Assembly: GCA_001687465.1 (NCBI GenBank)
Contig: LVLI01000087.1
Span: forward strand, 1 to 35,105
DNA: 35,105 nucleotides
Source of the DNA: Halocafeteria seosinensis
Taxonomy: Eukaryota
Reading direction: 5' to 3'
Under the pieces are notes generated by a model, which did not search any database, was not told the origin of the DNA, and saw only the letters and a list, made by a program, of their open reading frames with translations. Every line of letters starts with the position of its first letter. The first letter of the stretch is position 1. Positions 1-10,957 of this stretch are shown here, one piece after another. Position numbers and translations under genes: made by a program.

Positions 1-80
1 CCTCATTGACTCGGGCCGACTTTGGCGTATTTTACTACTTACCATTTTCGGCTACAATCACACGTTTCCGTTACACCGTA

Positions 81-2357
81 ATGAGAGTGATTCGTGGCCG
101 TAAAGTTCAAGCTGCATCAGTGGCTTTGGTTGTATCGGTTCTAGTCTTGCTCGCTTGGCAACTCGCAGTGCTTTGTTGCTTCACGGAAAGACGTGATGGC
201 AACAGGATGGTAGCTCTGAACCACCCAGTGGGCTGCGAATCAGCCTGCGATGGTCGTGCAGGCAATGGTGTCTACCACATTCACAACGCTAGCATATACT
301 ATGAGGGTTTAGGTGATGCAGACTTTGAAGACGGTGCGCTCCGGCGGATGGTCCCCAGCAAGGGGCGAGGGCGTGATAGTGCTGCAGATTTTGTTCGGAC
401 CGCGAACTTTCGTGTACTTGTGCGTGAATCCGGAGTCCCTACCATCTATCAGGGCTATGATACTCCAATATGCTTTTATAGTGCGAGCAGTGTGTCAACA
501 GAAGTGATTGTACAGGCGCGCGTTATTGCTGGAAGCAAACGATTGAACCTTCTACAATTTACTGTTCCCATTATTAGTGGCATTGGGTGTTTATCATTTC
601 CAGGATCGCTCCCGGTACGTGCCACAGATGTTGTGGTAGAGATTTGCCCGATAGCTTCAAAATGTGGCAAGAGTACGGGAGATGTAGTGTCGAATTTCCA
701 AGTGAGCCGTCTGGAGTGTGACACTGTTCTTTCACCGAACAAGTCGCCCAGAAGCATACGATCCTCTTTTTCAACATTTTGTGTTGAAGGAGATGTTCCT
801 CTCGAAGAAAGTACAGTGACTCTTGGTGAGGGATCAATCCTTGCCATCAACTCAAGGTCATGTTTACGACAACAGAGCTCCCGACTTAATCTGGTAGGTA
901 CAGGACCCAACCCGGTCGTCATATTAACCTCCACGGAAAGACCTGTGAATAGCAGCAGCATCCATATAGGCCCAGCCTCCTCTTGCCTATTCTTCAATGT
1001 TTGGGGAGCTCACTCAGCCCACGGAGACAGTTCTCTTTTCCTTTCTATCAGCGGAGGAGGTCTGTCATGGACTCATGGAGGCATCATCTTTGGAGGGCAG
1101 TTTATACGTGGCGAGAGTAGCCGTCTACAAGTTTCTCATGTAATGCTGTGTAGCACCTCAGTGGATACTGCAATTGCTTTGAATTATTCCTCTCTCTGGT
1201 TCGAGTTCAACATCCTTCACTCTCATTCCCTCACTGCGGGGTCGCCCCCGGTAATTACACATCCTAAGCCTTTCTTTTATGTGAATGGGACTTTGCTCGG
1301 TCTTTTTGAAGTCACCATAAAATCTTCAGTGGTATCTTCCTCTGCCGGAATACCGCTTTTCATCGAGAACGGGAGGCAAATTAGCATAGCACACTGCTAC
1401 ATTGTCTCCCAAAACGGATCGACCGCCATAGAACTTGGGACTGACAGTATACTGAACATTGGCAGCGTTAGTCGTATTAAGCTTTTCAGCTTTATGGATA
1501 TATCAGTCCATAAACAGGGTTATTGGAGAACATACTCTACGAGCCGCCGCCACACTGGGTGTAGGCTTACAACATTTTTGAACCGTCCTCGTATGATTGA
1601 ACCAGCGGGCACTGGAGAAAAGTCTTTTCAAGGGATAAACATTTTTGGAGAATGGGTGGAATGTCCTTCCGTACGTGGACTGAAACGGCTGAATACCGGG
1701 TTTTCCCACGCGGTATACAATGTGACCATGAACGGGCACAATATGTTACTGCGTGCTCTATATAAATTTAGAGGCTCGAGGGTCAAGACAGTCGCCGGTG
1801 ACACCCTCCAACAACGCCTTTGGAGAGCAGTGAAATTATCATTACGTTTCTCTCGCTGGGGACGGCAGGAAGGATACTGCATGGTAGGCGAGGCAGGGGA
1901 GATTCACGACTTGCTGGAAAATACAGGAGGTCATGGTTACTATCAATTGAAGAAGCGACGTATTTTGACGCGGCTTCCCGCAAGAGTAGCAGTAAATATG
2001 CAAGTTGATATCCTGTATGCAGTGGCTTACCTTCAACTTGCCAATCCAATTGGCCCTATGCACCACGATGATCTATATAAAGGGCGTAAAGGATACAAAA
2101 ATGTTCAGTTCCTTTATTCCGGCGATGGCGGTTCCAAAATTATCGATTTGGATACTCTGAAGTTTACTGCTTCCAAGCGAGAAATGAAGGAAGTGTGTTT
2201 GGCTATGAATGATATGAACAAGATGATAAACAAGGAAGCTCGCGAGACGATATGTGTACAGTATCCTCAACATTGTGCCTTGATAAGGCAATGTTTAAGG
2301 GCTCCTTCTATCCTGAATATTGTGGAAAGGTACTTAGCACATGACTCATGCACATGA
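81..2357 (+). CDS. Host membrane-anchored protein with C-terminal PKDCC/POMK-like (secretory pathway) kinase-like domain
   Basis: Uninterrupted ORF (track starts at TTG 6; first ATG 81). N-terminal signal anchor VALVVSVLVLLAWQLAVLCCF. C-terminal GFSHAVYNV (G-loop-like) and NPIGPMHHDD..VQFLYSGDGGSKIIDLD resemble the PKDCC/POMK 'SPLG..D..QF..DLD' pattern. Confidence 0.5.
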   Translation: MRVIRGRKVQAASVALVVSVLVLLAWQLAVLCCFTERRDGNRMVALNHPVGCESACDGRAGNGVYHIHNASIYYEGLGDADFEDGALRRMVPSKGRGRDSAADFVRTANFRVLVRESGVPTIYQGYDTPICFYSASSVSTEVIVQARVIAGSKRLNLLQFTVPIISGIGCLSFPGSLPVRATDVVVEICPIASKCGKSTGDVVSNFQVSRLECDTVLSPNKSPRSIRSSFSTFCVEGDVPLEESTVTLGEGSILAINSRSCLRQQSSRLNLVGTGPNPVVILTSTERPVNSSSIHIGPASSCLFFNVWGAHSAHGDSSLFLSISGGGLSWTHGGIIFGGQFIRGESSRLQVSHVMLCSTSVDTAIALNYSSLWFEFNILHSHSLTAGSPPVITHPKPFFYVNGTLLGLFEVTIKSSVVSSSAGIPLFIENGRQISIAHCYIVSQNGSTAIELGTDSILNIGSVSRIKLFSFMDISVHKQGYWRTYSTSRRHTGCRLTTFLNRPRMIEPAGTGEKSFQGINIFGEWVECPSVRGLKRLNTGFSHAVYNVTMNGHNMLLRALYKFRGSRVKTVAGDTLQQRLWRAVKLSLRFSRWGRQEGYCMVGEAGEIHDLLENTGGHGYYQLKKRRILTRLPARVAVNMQVDILYAVAYLQLANPIGPMHHDDLYKGRKGYKNVQFLYSGDGGSKIIDLDTLKFTASKREMKEVCLAMNDMNKMINKEARETICVQYPQHCALIRQCLRAPSILNIVERYLAHDSCT

Positions 2358-3643
2358 GATCATGTTTTTATAATGTAATTGGGGAATATTAGCTCCTACA
2401 TGAATTGTCATCGAAATCTGCCTGGTAAGTGGCAACGCCGGTCACCCGTCTGAACTTAACCAAAACAAAGATCGATATTACTAACCCCATCTTCCCCTTG
2501 CTTTAAGCAGTAGTTATATTTCAGTGCAACTAAGACAAATATTAAATTTACAAATTAGTCGCAAATTCAGGCTGGCACAAAAGTTACGTAGGTCCGGGTT
2601 ACGTGGAGTATAGGTTACTACTTCAACTTCCCATTTTCCCATATCTACCATCTATTTGTACGCTGAAAAGGTCGTCGTAGCAATCTATGCTCTTCAGTGT
2701 TTTCTTTCGTGCATGTATCGTATACAATCGTTGACTTAGATGACCGTTTTGAGGGACGGTACTCCGAGTCTTGGTCAGAAGATGAAAAGCTGATCTGGCG
2801 CATTCGTACTACACTAATGATGACATTGTCTTCCTCCCATCATCGGCATTTTCATTATCGTCTCTCGCTCGTTTGTGTGAGCACCTCATCTTCCAGAGCC
2901 GATCGTAGGGACGCCTCCGCCGATTGTCTAGTAGTGTAATACAATGTCTACCCCGAACACAGAGCCTCACAATGAATGGTACCAAGAAGCAAAGGTAACA
3001 CACGCCTTCTTTTAATATAGTGAATATACATGTATTATTCGTATACAATATTATAGGCGCAAATGATAGTGGTTGACTACGTTACATGAGGTCCATGTAA
3101 CTTTTGTGCCAGCCTGGCGACAGGTACGGTCAGAGGGCGGCAACTTGATTGCTTGGGTATTTCCCAAGCAAGCCGCCCTTTCGCCCAAGAAGTAACCAAG
3201 GCTTGGGTAAGACGAAGGAAAGTTTGTGGGATTCTTGTACCTTTTTTGTAATTTTTCACAAGGCCGCGGACACGGGGGAGGCCAATACCTCAGGGAAGCT
3301 ACGAGTAGCCTACACGATGTATTGGCTTCATTGGCTTGTGCATTGGGATGAACAGACGCTAAATGATTCAGAATGGTCACAGAGGAGTAGTTATGTATTT
3401 TGATGTATGTGCTACAGTCGTGTCGTTCTTTAGTCTGATCACGTGGAGAGCTGGCGTGTGGGGTTATTTGCAAGCCGGATTTTTGCAGCTAAATTTGATA
3501 CGGTAGGCTAGGAGAGTTCTCAATTGAATATACTCCTGAAATGTGGTAACAAAACGGGTTCTATGAGGCTTAGTAACCTTGTTTCTGGACCCAACGGACC
3601 ACATTTGAATTTTGTAATTTACGCGCGTTTTTTTACCCAAGGC

Positions 3644-3692
3644 TTGGACCGTGCTTGGACCCCGGCCCAAGCACGGTCCAACTTGGACCGTG
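3644..3692. repeat. Perfect 15-bp palindrome plus a third partial copy; probable hAT subterminal repeats
   Basis: TTGGACCGTGCTTGG (3644-3658) pairs with CCAAGCACGGTCCAA (3667-3681) around an 8-nt loop. CTTGGACCGTG recurs at 3682-3692. Lies downstream of the hAT ORF 3' end. Confidence 0.7.
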
Positions 3693-3814
3693 ATTTGTGT
3701 GGGGTCGGCCAAAAAAGTGGATGTACAACCAAATTTTGTGTGGGGTCAATGCCGAAAAATGTGGGGTATTGATCAAAATTGCAGAAATCGTTGGAGGGAC
3801 AAGAAAACAGCGTA

Positions 3815-4646
3815 TTATACGCCAAGTTCATGTTCTTTAGAACGCTGATAGTCAAGACAAGCCTTATCGACGACCCACCTATTGACGGAGACATATATTT
3901 CGTTGCAAAACGTCGGTGCAGACTGCCTGTTTCTTGCAGGATCCTGTTGTCGCCTAGTGACCACTGAAAATGCTCGTTCTACACAAGCTGAAGACAATGG
4001 GACAGACAGCTGCTTAAGTGCCCACGAAGCTAGCTCAGGATATTCACTTCTCAATGCTTTCCAGTGGTTAATGAGAGTCTTACCAGTCGGGGAACACTGA
4101 GAAGGTGTACCGCATCACAATGTTCGTTGAAACAGTTACGGAATTCAAGGACTGTATCGCATGCAGCTAAGCCAGTAGGAACTAGCCACTTAAGCTTTTC
4201 AAAGCGTTCGATTGTGGCTCCCATGTGATCATCATACTTCTTTTTTGCTTTAGTCAAACCATCAAAGTAGCGGTTCAGAAGTTCGCGAAGGTCTGCTCCG
4301 TCAATAAGAAACTCTTCCAAGAATTTCTTCAAAGTACTCCTGCTGCCCGCCTCCAAGTCGCTAAATGTTTGTTCTAGGAACTTTCGCACCAGCTCGATTT
4401 CGTTAAAATCCACCTGATACACCTCGAATGCACAACGTGCTTGTATTGTCGTCGTCTTTGGAATAGCCTTACCGCTTTCACCATGTACTGCGCATTATCG
4501 CTGCAAACTGCAGTAAGTTGGTTGGGGCTGATACCGTTCTCCTGCAGTACTGAGTCCATCATTTCATCTACGGATTCCCCAGAGTATGAGTCTGGTGTCC
4601 GAACCGACAGCAAAATGGGGTGCTCAAAGTAAGCAGATGTGATCAT
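3815..4646 (-). pseudogene. Fragmented hAT-family transposase
   Basis: Three overlapping minus-strand ORF pieces. VCSDNAQYMVKA matches the hAT 'DNa.nm' catalytic motif. YPELASWALKQLSVPLSSACVERAFS...RNR matches the hAT C-terminal dimerisation domain. N-terminus missing next to the viral element. Confidence 0.8.
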
Positions 4647-4701
4647 CAGTAATTGTAATAGGCTATGTTCATACCAAGTTACAAATTAAAAATACCTCCT
4701 G

Positions 4702-4890
4702 AGGATTAACCCCAGACTCACAGGGATAACTCCCCAGCTCCCTATGGAACTAGGAAAAAATCCCCCATTATAATTTTTTAAATACAAATGTTACTTTATA
4801 TTTAAAATTACATTCAAAAGTTAATGTCAAAATGTTACTTTAAAAATTNCACTTAAAATTNCATTTCAAAATTATGTTCTGAAACGTTAC
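4702..4890 (+). repeat. Left terminal inverted repeat
   Basis: AGGATTAACCCCAGACTCACAGGGATAACTCCCCAGCTCCC...CTGAAACGTTAC matches the reverse complement of 29118-29322 with some mismatches and indels; starts with AG. Confidence 0.93.
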
Positions 4891-5447
4891 TTTTTATATG
4901 TATGAAATTTATTTTCTCTAAATATTGAAGCTGAATAATCTGGGTTTCTTTTTCTTTCTCTATCAATTTCTTTAAGACGACGTATACAGTCTTGTTTTTC
5001 TTCTTCCTTTCTTTCTTCCTCCCGTTCCCTCCTTTCTCTTTCCTCTGCTTCTTTTCTTTTGATAGGGTCATCCCTTTCTGGAACAAATCTAACTTCATCC
5101 CCACCGATTCTATTTTGAAAATTCACCCGAACCGCTTTTGGATAAGTTCCACTAGCTGAATTTATAGGTGGTGAATATAAAACTAAATTATGTAGTTCAA
5201 TGTTTTTTTCTGTATTAAGTTTTCGTACAACATATTTTTCATTATCAACCATAGGATGAAAGCTATAAAAAATTACTCGTCTTAAATCTTCTGTTCTACT
5301 GTTTATGCTTACTGATGGAACGTTATTATTATGATTTATTTTTTGATACCGACCAGATTTATGGTTGTAAACATCACCTTTTTCAGATACTGAATAATTT
5401 GATTGATTTCTTACGGGAGCCCAACGAACACCATTATACCTTTTCAT
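4887..5447 (-). CDS. NUMOD4-domain protein, degenerate HNH endonuclease-like
   Basis: WAPVRNQSNYSVSEKGDVYNHKSGRY resembles the NUMOD4 motif of the two intact HNH genes, but the HNH catalytic residues are not evident. Charged coiled C-terminus. Confidence 0.6.
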   Translation of the reverse strand: MKRYNGVRWAPVRNQSNYSVSEKGDVYNHKSGRYQKINHNNNVPSVSINSRTEDLRRVIFYSFHPMVDNEKYVVRKLNTEKNIELHNLVLYSPPINSASGTYPKAVRVNFQNRIGGDEVRFVPERDDPIKRKEAEERERREREEERKEEEKQDCIRRLKEIDRERKRNPDYSASIFRENKFHTYKK

Positions 5448-5508
5448 TTTTACTATAACATTATAAGTTAAATTAGCTCTAAATTAATTTTCAAACGATT
5501 GTTACAAA

Positions 5509-6495
5509 TTATTTAGCTGACGGTTGAATATCTCGAACCTGCTTCTCTGGTATCCATTGATTGAATTTTTCCGGAAATCCTACCCACTTTACTAAAACAA
5601 ACTTTTTTCCATTTATCTTTTTACGTTGTAAGACTTTTTCAACTAAAAATTCTTGCTGTTGTTTGGTTTTTTGTAGTTCCGGTTCGTGAAAGGTACCTTC
5701 AACGCGTTGACCGTCTAAATCTTGTAGCTTATAAGTTATGGGGTCTGTTCGCTTGACTTCTGCGATTTCAAATATTTCTTCTGACCACTTCACCCGAGTT
5801 CCTTTCTCAAAAATATTCTTCTTTTTTATTTTGCGTACTCTATCACCTTCTTTAAACTTAGGTTTCCTCTTTTTCTTCTTCTCAAGGTCTTCGGGAAAAA
5901 TATTAATAGGGTTAGCTCTGGCTTTTCCTTTGTAAACGTCTTTCGGTTTTGCTCCGACGGTAGAATGAACTGTAGTATTGTACTCTTTCACTAGTTCTGG
6001 CAAAACATCTAACCAATTAAAGTCTCGTTGATTTGAAAATTCTTCTTCCATTTTCTCCCGAAGAGTACGATTAAAGCGTTCTACAATAGAATTTTTGGTG
6101 CGTCCGGTTGTATTGTAGATTTGCATTCCTTCATCTTCCAGAAAATTGAGAACTTGTTGATTAAAAAATTCACTTCCTTTATCTACCCAAATAAAATTAG
6201 GTTTCTGCTTGACTTTCTTTAATAATTGCGTTAAGACTTCTACCATCTCAGAACCTTGTTTTGTTTTTAAGGGTAGAGCGAAAGCAAACCGACTATGAAG
6301 CTCAATAGCGTTCAGAATAAATCGGAAACCTCGGTTATCATCTTTCACATCTGACATATCTAGCAAATCTAAAGCAATGATATTATGTAAGCCTCCGGAG
6401 ATGACTTTTCGTCTCGGGAATTTACGTTTTACGCCTTTGAATAGTTCCTTGGTTAATTGACGAACTTCTGGATCGGCTTGTCTACGACTAGACAT
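5509..6495 (-). CDS. Retroviral-like (rve) DDE integrase with C-terminal chromodomain (Polinton-type)
   Basis: Catalytic triad in ALDLLDM, WVDKGSEF and SIVERFNRTL. Chromodomain FLVEKVL..KKFVLVKWVGFPEKFNQWIPE. Confidence 0.96.
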   Translation of the reverse strand: MSSRRQADPEVRQLTKELFKGVKRKFPRRKVISGGLHNIIALDLLDMSDVKDDNRGFRFILNAIELHSRFAFALPLKTKQGSEMVEVLTQLLKKVKQKPNFIWVDKGSEFFNQQVLNFLEDEGMQIYNTTGRTKNSIVERFNRTLREKMEEEFSNQRDFNWLDVLPELVKEYNTTVHSTVGAKPKDVYKGKARANPINIFPEDLEKKKKRKPKFKEGDRVRKIKKKNIFEKGTRVKWSEEIFEIAEVKRTDPITYKLQDLDGQRVEGTFHEPELQKTKQQQEFLVEKVLQRKKINGKKFVLVKWVGFPEKFNQWIPEKQVRDIQPSAK

Positions 6496-6512
6496 TTTTC
6501 TATATTGATAAC

Positions 6513-9500
6513 TTAGTTCTCAAGAGTCTTATAATGTCCTAGAGCTAAGGTATCAATACCGTTCCCAAGAACGTAGCGTTTATCATCCAGAGGAGATAGA
6601 GCAGATTTTACAGCTTGATGGGTATAGACGCTATGGTGGAAACTGCTGATTTGCTTAAACTTAACCGTCTTCTGAATTTCTTCAGCAGTTGTACCGAAAA
6701 TACTACGCACATAATCTTGGTGTTTGATTTGCTTGCGTACAACAGCTTTCTTAACACCCTTAGCCTTTTTCTCGTTCTCCTCGTCCCGAGTTAAGAAACT
6801 ATAAAGCTTAGCTCTCAAACCACAGAACTCAGACATAGGAACACTATTCGTTTCATCTTTCATAAACCCGACTTTCTTTTTATTCTGAGTCGAATAAAGG
6901 AAGTGGTCTTTGGGATAATCTGAAAAATCAAAATGTGAATTTTTATAGGGTTCAATTTCCTTGTATAAGTCTTTGGTCTGAATATGATAACAGAATGAAT
7001 CGGTATCACTAAAACAGAGATTGGCATTATTTCCATACATTGGTTTAATAAAATTATAGTGAAAGTCCTGCATCAGCAATTTGCTTAAATCTAAAATAGA
7101 GCTGCCGATTAAGATAGGTTTGTCAAATTTGATGGTTTCTTTATTCATATCCAGTAGAACCAGTTTATCATTTTCAATAATATAACTCTGCTTATAGGTT
7201 GGTTTCTTGGTTAGCTTTTGATGGTATTCTTCACTGGTACAGACCTTAATATTGCTATAACCGCGAACATTTTCCATAGTCTTACCGAAAATACTGTTGT
7301 TCATCAGTTTAAATAAGTTTTTCTCAAAATCATCTTTTGCCTTCATTCTCAGTTGGCTATTAAGTTCAATGTAATCTTTCATAAAGGGTTCCTGACGAAA
7401 GCCGAGAACGCTATAGACTTTTTCTAACTCCATACCTTGCTCAAGATAGAATTGGAGGTTACGGATATGAACAACATATTTATCCTTATCATACAAATTA
7501 GGAATAAGTTTATTATCATTTCCATTCTTTTTATCACCTAAGATTTCGGCTATATTTTTCATATGCGGGCTATATTCACCTTTAGTATTTTCGGGAGCCA
7601 GAGGAAAATCATTATGTAGATCGTGAAGTTCTTTCGGATATCTCAGCTTAACTTTTAAGAAATACCCTCGTGAAGAATTCTTATCATAGTTTAGGATAAA
7701 GTTTTTATTAAATTCTTCTGGATTCTCCCAAGCATACCCTCCAGCAGGTAGCTTTTGAACCATACCCCAACCATAGAGATTATTCGCATCCACATAATAA
7801 AGATAACTTGTATTTTCTTCTGGCTTATAGGTTTCTGGGATATANGGGTTATTGGCTTTCGCATATCGTTTCGTGCTAATCATACTGACACCTCCACGTT
7901 TACCGTCTTCGGCAAACGTCAACATTTCGTATTGACCTTCGTGAAACAGTTCTATATTGTATTTACCGCTAATGTTGAGCAAGAAAGCGTCCCAAGATAA
8001 AGCGGGTGCGGTCAGATACCAGCAAGGGTCTAACTGATAATTTTTCATACATAGATTACGGAATTCTTCAAAAACATCAGCCAGTAGTAAAGTATCAGTC
8101 ATTAAGTAGAGTTCGTGATAATCTTTGAAGGTTTGACAACCAAATCTATCCCAAACTTTTTGTGCGTGTTCATAATCTTCATCACTGATTTCTTCTTCTT
8201 CTAAATCATTGTAAAAAGCACTCTTAGGAGGCAAAGCGTTATAGTTCATTCTTTTGGGATCACCGTTTGACCAAGTATAAGGGTAGACACCTTTTTGTCG
8301 AAGGAGCTCAATATTTTCCTGACTATACTCAGAGAAATAAGAATTAAAGTTAGCAAATAAGCTTTCGTCGTTTTTAGTTTTTAAGTTGTCCACTAAATTC
8401 TTGATAGAGGAACCCATAAAAGCGAAAGAATCAACAAATCTAAAGCGTCCGAGACCAAAGGTTATAAATTTTTCGACATTTTGAGGAAGTGCGTTAAATT
8501 TTCGGTTATTTGTTTTAGAATAATCAACTAACTGCTTAATTAATAGATGACTGTCATACCCTTTCAGATTATGAAAGATAACCGGAATAATAAACCTATC
8601 TTTATACTTTTTGTTTAAATTACAACCTGCGTGAGTAGCTCCTCTATACTGTCCGGTCAAGTGACAGTGATCACGATGTGGATTTCTTTCAAGCGGCTTA
8701 TGGCAAATGTAGCAGTGGGTAGCATTAAAGAAATGTTCTTCATCTTCTTCACTCATTTGTAGAGGGACATAACGATTAAAGACGATATCTTTTAGTTCTT
8801 TTTCTTTTTCAACCAACCAATCAATATATTTAATAATACAGTCTCCTTCAGTATCAGAGTAGAAAACCACCTGTTCATTAAATTCTGGAAGTATAGAGAC
8901 AAGGACAGCGTTAATACTGTTTGGGATGTGTTCGTGTGTCAGAATGTTTTGTGGGTTGTCACCTTTTTGTTTATGACACTCCACTAAACTGCTTTCAATA
9001 TCAGAATAAATAGCAAAAGGAAGTCTTAATTGTTTGTGAAAATTAGAGAACTTTAAATAATGTTCACCCTTTTTAGGCATAATAGGCCTAGCGCTTGGAT
9101 TTTTCAGACAACTATCTTTTTGATGTTCTTGAAGAGCAGTATTGTTTTCAAACGACTGGAGACAATTACTGCAGTAAACTCTAGCATGATTACCGTTAGC
9201 ACCTAGCAGAGAACTAAGAGATTTAATAGAGCAATAATGATAAATGTCTTTAACTTCATCTTCATAGAGTAAAAGATTAACGTGTTGTCGGTCTTGATGT
9301 TTAGTAATTCTCACTGGGTTGAGAGTAGATAAACGAAGGAAGTCTTCTTCAAGTCTTTCACGTGTGCGCATATTTTTTTCAGTTTGTTCCTCTAATACTG
9401 GAGTAAAGACATTGATAGACAACCAAGGATTTAAAATTTCTAATCGTTCAATATCTCTTGGACACTGAAGAGGAAAGTTTACCTTAAACTTTTTATCAGA

Positions 9501-10670
9501 AAGGATAACTTGGTTTTCAAACTTTTTATAGACAGAGGCTTTAGAACGATGTCCTTTACTGACTTGTTCGCAAAAGAGCGACATTAAGATGGAGTATAAT
9601 CCACATTTTCCGTCCTTAGCTCCGGTAGGATTTAACAATCCACGATTCTTTTTCAAACATTGAGGAAGAGCCACATCATCACCATCACGCCCCTTCATAG
9701 GAGTGAAAGCAATTAAATTTATTTGAAGGTTATCTACCCATTCAAGAACCCATTGCGAGCCACCATCAAGTAATTCATCTTCTATTAAAAGAATGGTATT
9801 TTCAAGCTCACGAACAGTATCTTCAACCTCATTTGCGTTAAAAATAGGTTTAGCATTTTCTTTTCTAGAAGTGTTCAATAGAAAAGGTGTTCCACTTGAG
9901 GTTGTTGGACTTGCCACATTATAAAAGAAGGCATCTAGAGCCATTTGAATTTTTATATTTTGTTTCTTTTCTTGAAACTTTTTAACTTCATCAACGACTT
10001 TTGAGCGAACCACGTTAAAGAATTTTTTAGAGTCACCGATTAAAGGTTCAGTCGTAACTTTTAGACCTAAGTCAACATTTTTAAATCGTTTTCGCTCTTC
10101 AACTTTTACAGTATAATCGGTTTCTGCTAATTCTTGTTGAGCCTGAACTCTTTGAGCTATATTAGCTCTATCTTGTTGACGAAGAATAATTCTAGTTAAT
10201 TCACGGCGCAAATTCTCGGTTTTTTCAGTTAACTTAACTTTGCGGAGGATTTGGTTAGGGTTTTCTTGCTGAAGTTTGTTTAGCTCACGACTGTTAGAGG
10301 GTCTAGGGAATTGTCTAAGACGATTTTGTAGAGCTTGACGACTTAAACCCTGAACACCAGTTCCTTGTCGATTCAAGGCACGATTAACCGAAAATTTTCG
10401 GATAATCTCAGACCGAATATCTTCTGAAGGAGCAGTCAGACGGACACGGCTTAATCCTCTATTTTTCAATTCATTCAAACGATTTTTAAGCTCATTACGG
10501 TTTGCTTTCTTTATTGTGTCAATAAACTTCTCGGGCACCCCGTGGAGAAGAGGCTTCTTCTTGTTCAGTTCCTGACGAAGTTTATTCTTTTTGGAATTGA
10601 GGTTGATTCGGGTGAGACCTAGCTGTTTTAATTCTTTTAATTGATTTTGTAATTCTTTAAACTCATTCAT
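6513..10670 (-). CDS. polB: Protein-primed family B DNA polymerase with N-terminal extension, OTU-like region and endonuclease VII-like insert
   Basis: Exo motifs SDIES, FHNLKGYDSH, YLMTDTLLLAD. Pol motifs YVDANNLYG, KLMNNSIFGK, FSDTDS. Insert CYIC..HRDHCHLTGQYRGATHAGCN. First ATG at 10670 (track start 10682 is TTG). Confidence 0.97.
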   Translation of the reverse strand: MNEFKELQNQLKELKQLGLTRINLNSKKNKLRQELNKKKPLLHGVPEKFIDTIKKANRNELKNRLNELKNRGLSRVRLTAPSEDIRSEIIRKFSVNRALNRQGTGVQGLSRQALQNRLRQFPRPSNSRELNKLQQENPNQILRKVKLTEKTENLRRELTRIILRQQDRANIAQRVQAQQELAETDYTVKVEERKRFKNVDLGLKVTTEPLIGDSKKFFNVVRSKVVDEVKKFQEKKQNIKIQMALDAFFYNVASPTTSSGTPFLLNTSRKENAKPIFNANEVEDTVRELENTILLIEDELLDGGSQWVLEWVDNLQINLIAFTPMKGRDGDDVALPQCLKKNRGLLNPTGAKDGKCGLYSILMSLFCEQVSKGHRSKASVYKKFENQVILSDKKFKVNFPLQCPRDIERLEILNPWLSINVFTPVLEEQTEKNMRTRERLEEDFLRLSTLNPVRITKHQDRQHVNLLLYEDEVKDIYHYCSIKSLSSLLGANGNHARVYCSNCLQSFENNTALQEHQKDSCLKNPSARPIMPKKGEHYLKFSNFHKQLRLPFAIYSDIESSLVECHKQKGDNPQNILTHEHIPNSINAVLVSILPEFNEQVVFYSDTEGDCIIKYIDWLVEKEKELKDIVFNRYVPLQMSEEDEEHFFNATHCYICHKPLERNPHRDHCHLTGQYRGATHAGCNLNKKYKDRFIIPVIFHNLKGYDSHLLIKQLVDYSKTNNRKFNALPQNVEKFITFGLGRFRFVDSFAFMGSSIKNLVDNLKTKNDESLFANFNSYFSEYSQENIELLRQKGVYPYTWSNGDPKRMNYNALPPKSAFYNDLEEEEISDEDYEHAQKVWDRFGCQTFKDYHELYLMTDTLLLADVFEEFRNLCMKNYQLDPCWYLTAPALSWDAFLLNISGKYNIELFHEGQYEMLTFAEDGKRGGVSMISTKRYAKANNXYIPETYKPEENTSYLYYVDANNLYGWGMVQKLPAGGYAWENPEEFNKNFILNYDKNSSRGYFLKVKLRYPKELHDLHNDFPLAPENTKGEYSPHMKNIAEILGDKKNGNDNKLIPNLYDKDKYVVHIRNLQFYLEQGMELEKVYSVLGFRQEPFMKDYIELNSQLRMKAKDDFEKNLFKLMNNSIFGKTMENVRGYSNIKVCTSEEYHQKLTKKPTYKQSYIIENDKLVLLDMNKETIKFDKPILIGSSILDLSKLLMQDFHYNFIKPMYGNNANLCFSDTDSFCYHIQTKDLYKEIEPYKNSHFDFSDYPKDHFLYSTQNKKKVGFMKDETNSVPMSEFCGLRAKLYSFLTRDEENEKKAKGVKKAVVRKQIKHQDYVRSIFGTTAEEIQKTVKFKQISSFHHSVYTHQAVKSALSPLDDKRYVLGNGIDTLALGHYKTLEN

Positions 10671-10756
10671 TATATTATACAATATATAATATAAAATTCT
10701 TTAATAGTAACTTATTATGATTATAGAGAGTTATCAATCTTTTCTTCGTCTTTAAT

Positions 10757-10891
10757 TCAGTTCTTAAATTGGCTTGCCACTTGACCTATTTTATGAACAG
10801 TGTTTAGCGCGCCTCCAACTTTCTTTACAGTATTGCTTAGATTTCCGTTACTTGTTGGTTTTTGTGGGAGAAACTTTTGATGAAGACTCAT
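10757..10891 (-). CDS. Small 44-aa protein (not in ORF track)
   Basis: MSLHQKFLPQKPTSNGNLSNTVKKVGGALNTVHKIGQVASQFKN, preceded by the element-typical TATAGATAAAATG context. Confidence 0.55.
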   Translation of the reverse strand: MSLHQKFLPQKPTSNGNLSNTVKKVGGALNTVHKIGQVASQFKN

Positions 10892-10957
10892 TTTATCTAT
10901 ATTTAGTCATTAATTTTTGAAAAATAAACTATTAATATATAAGCAAAATATATTAAT

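Noticed and set aside
2697..3473. Short ORFs between the kinase-like gene and the hAT remnant
   Set aside because: No recognisable motifs and overlapping frames on both strands.
3196..3647. CCAAGGCTTGGGTAA and TTACCCAAGGCTTGG as TIRs of a small element
   Set aside because: Short, largely self-palindromic match with no TSD identified.
4697..4701. TCCTG as a true target-site duplication
   Set aside because: The second copy (29319-29323) overlaps the last four bases of the right TIR, so it is not a clean TSD.
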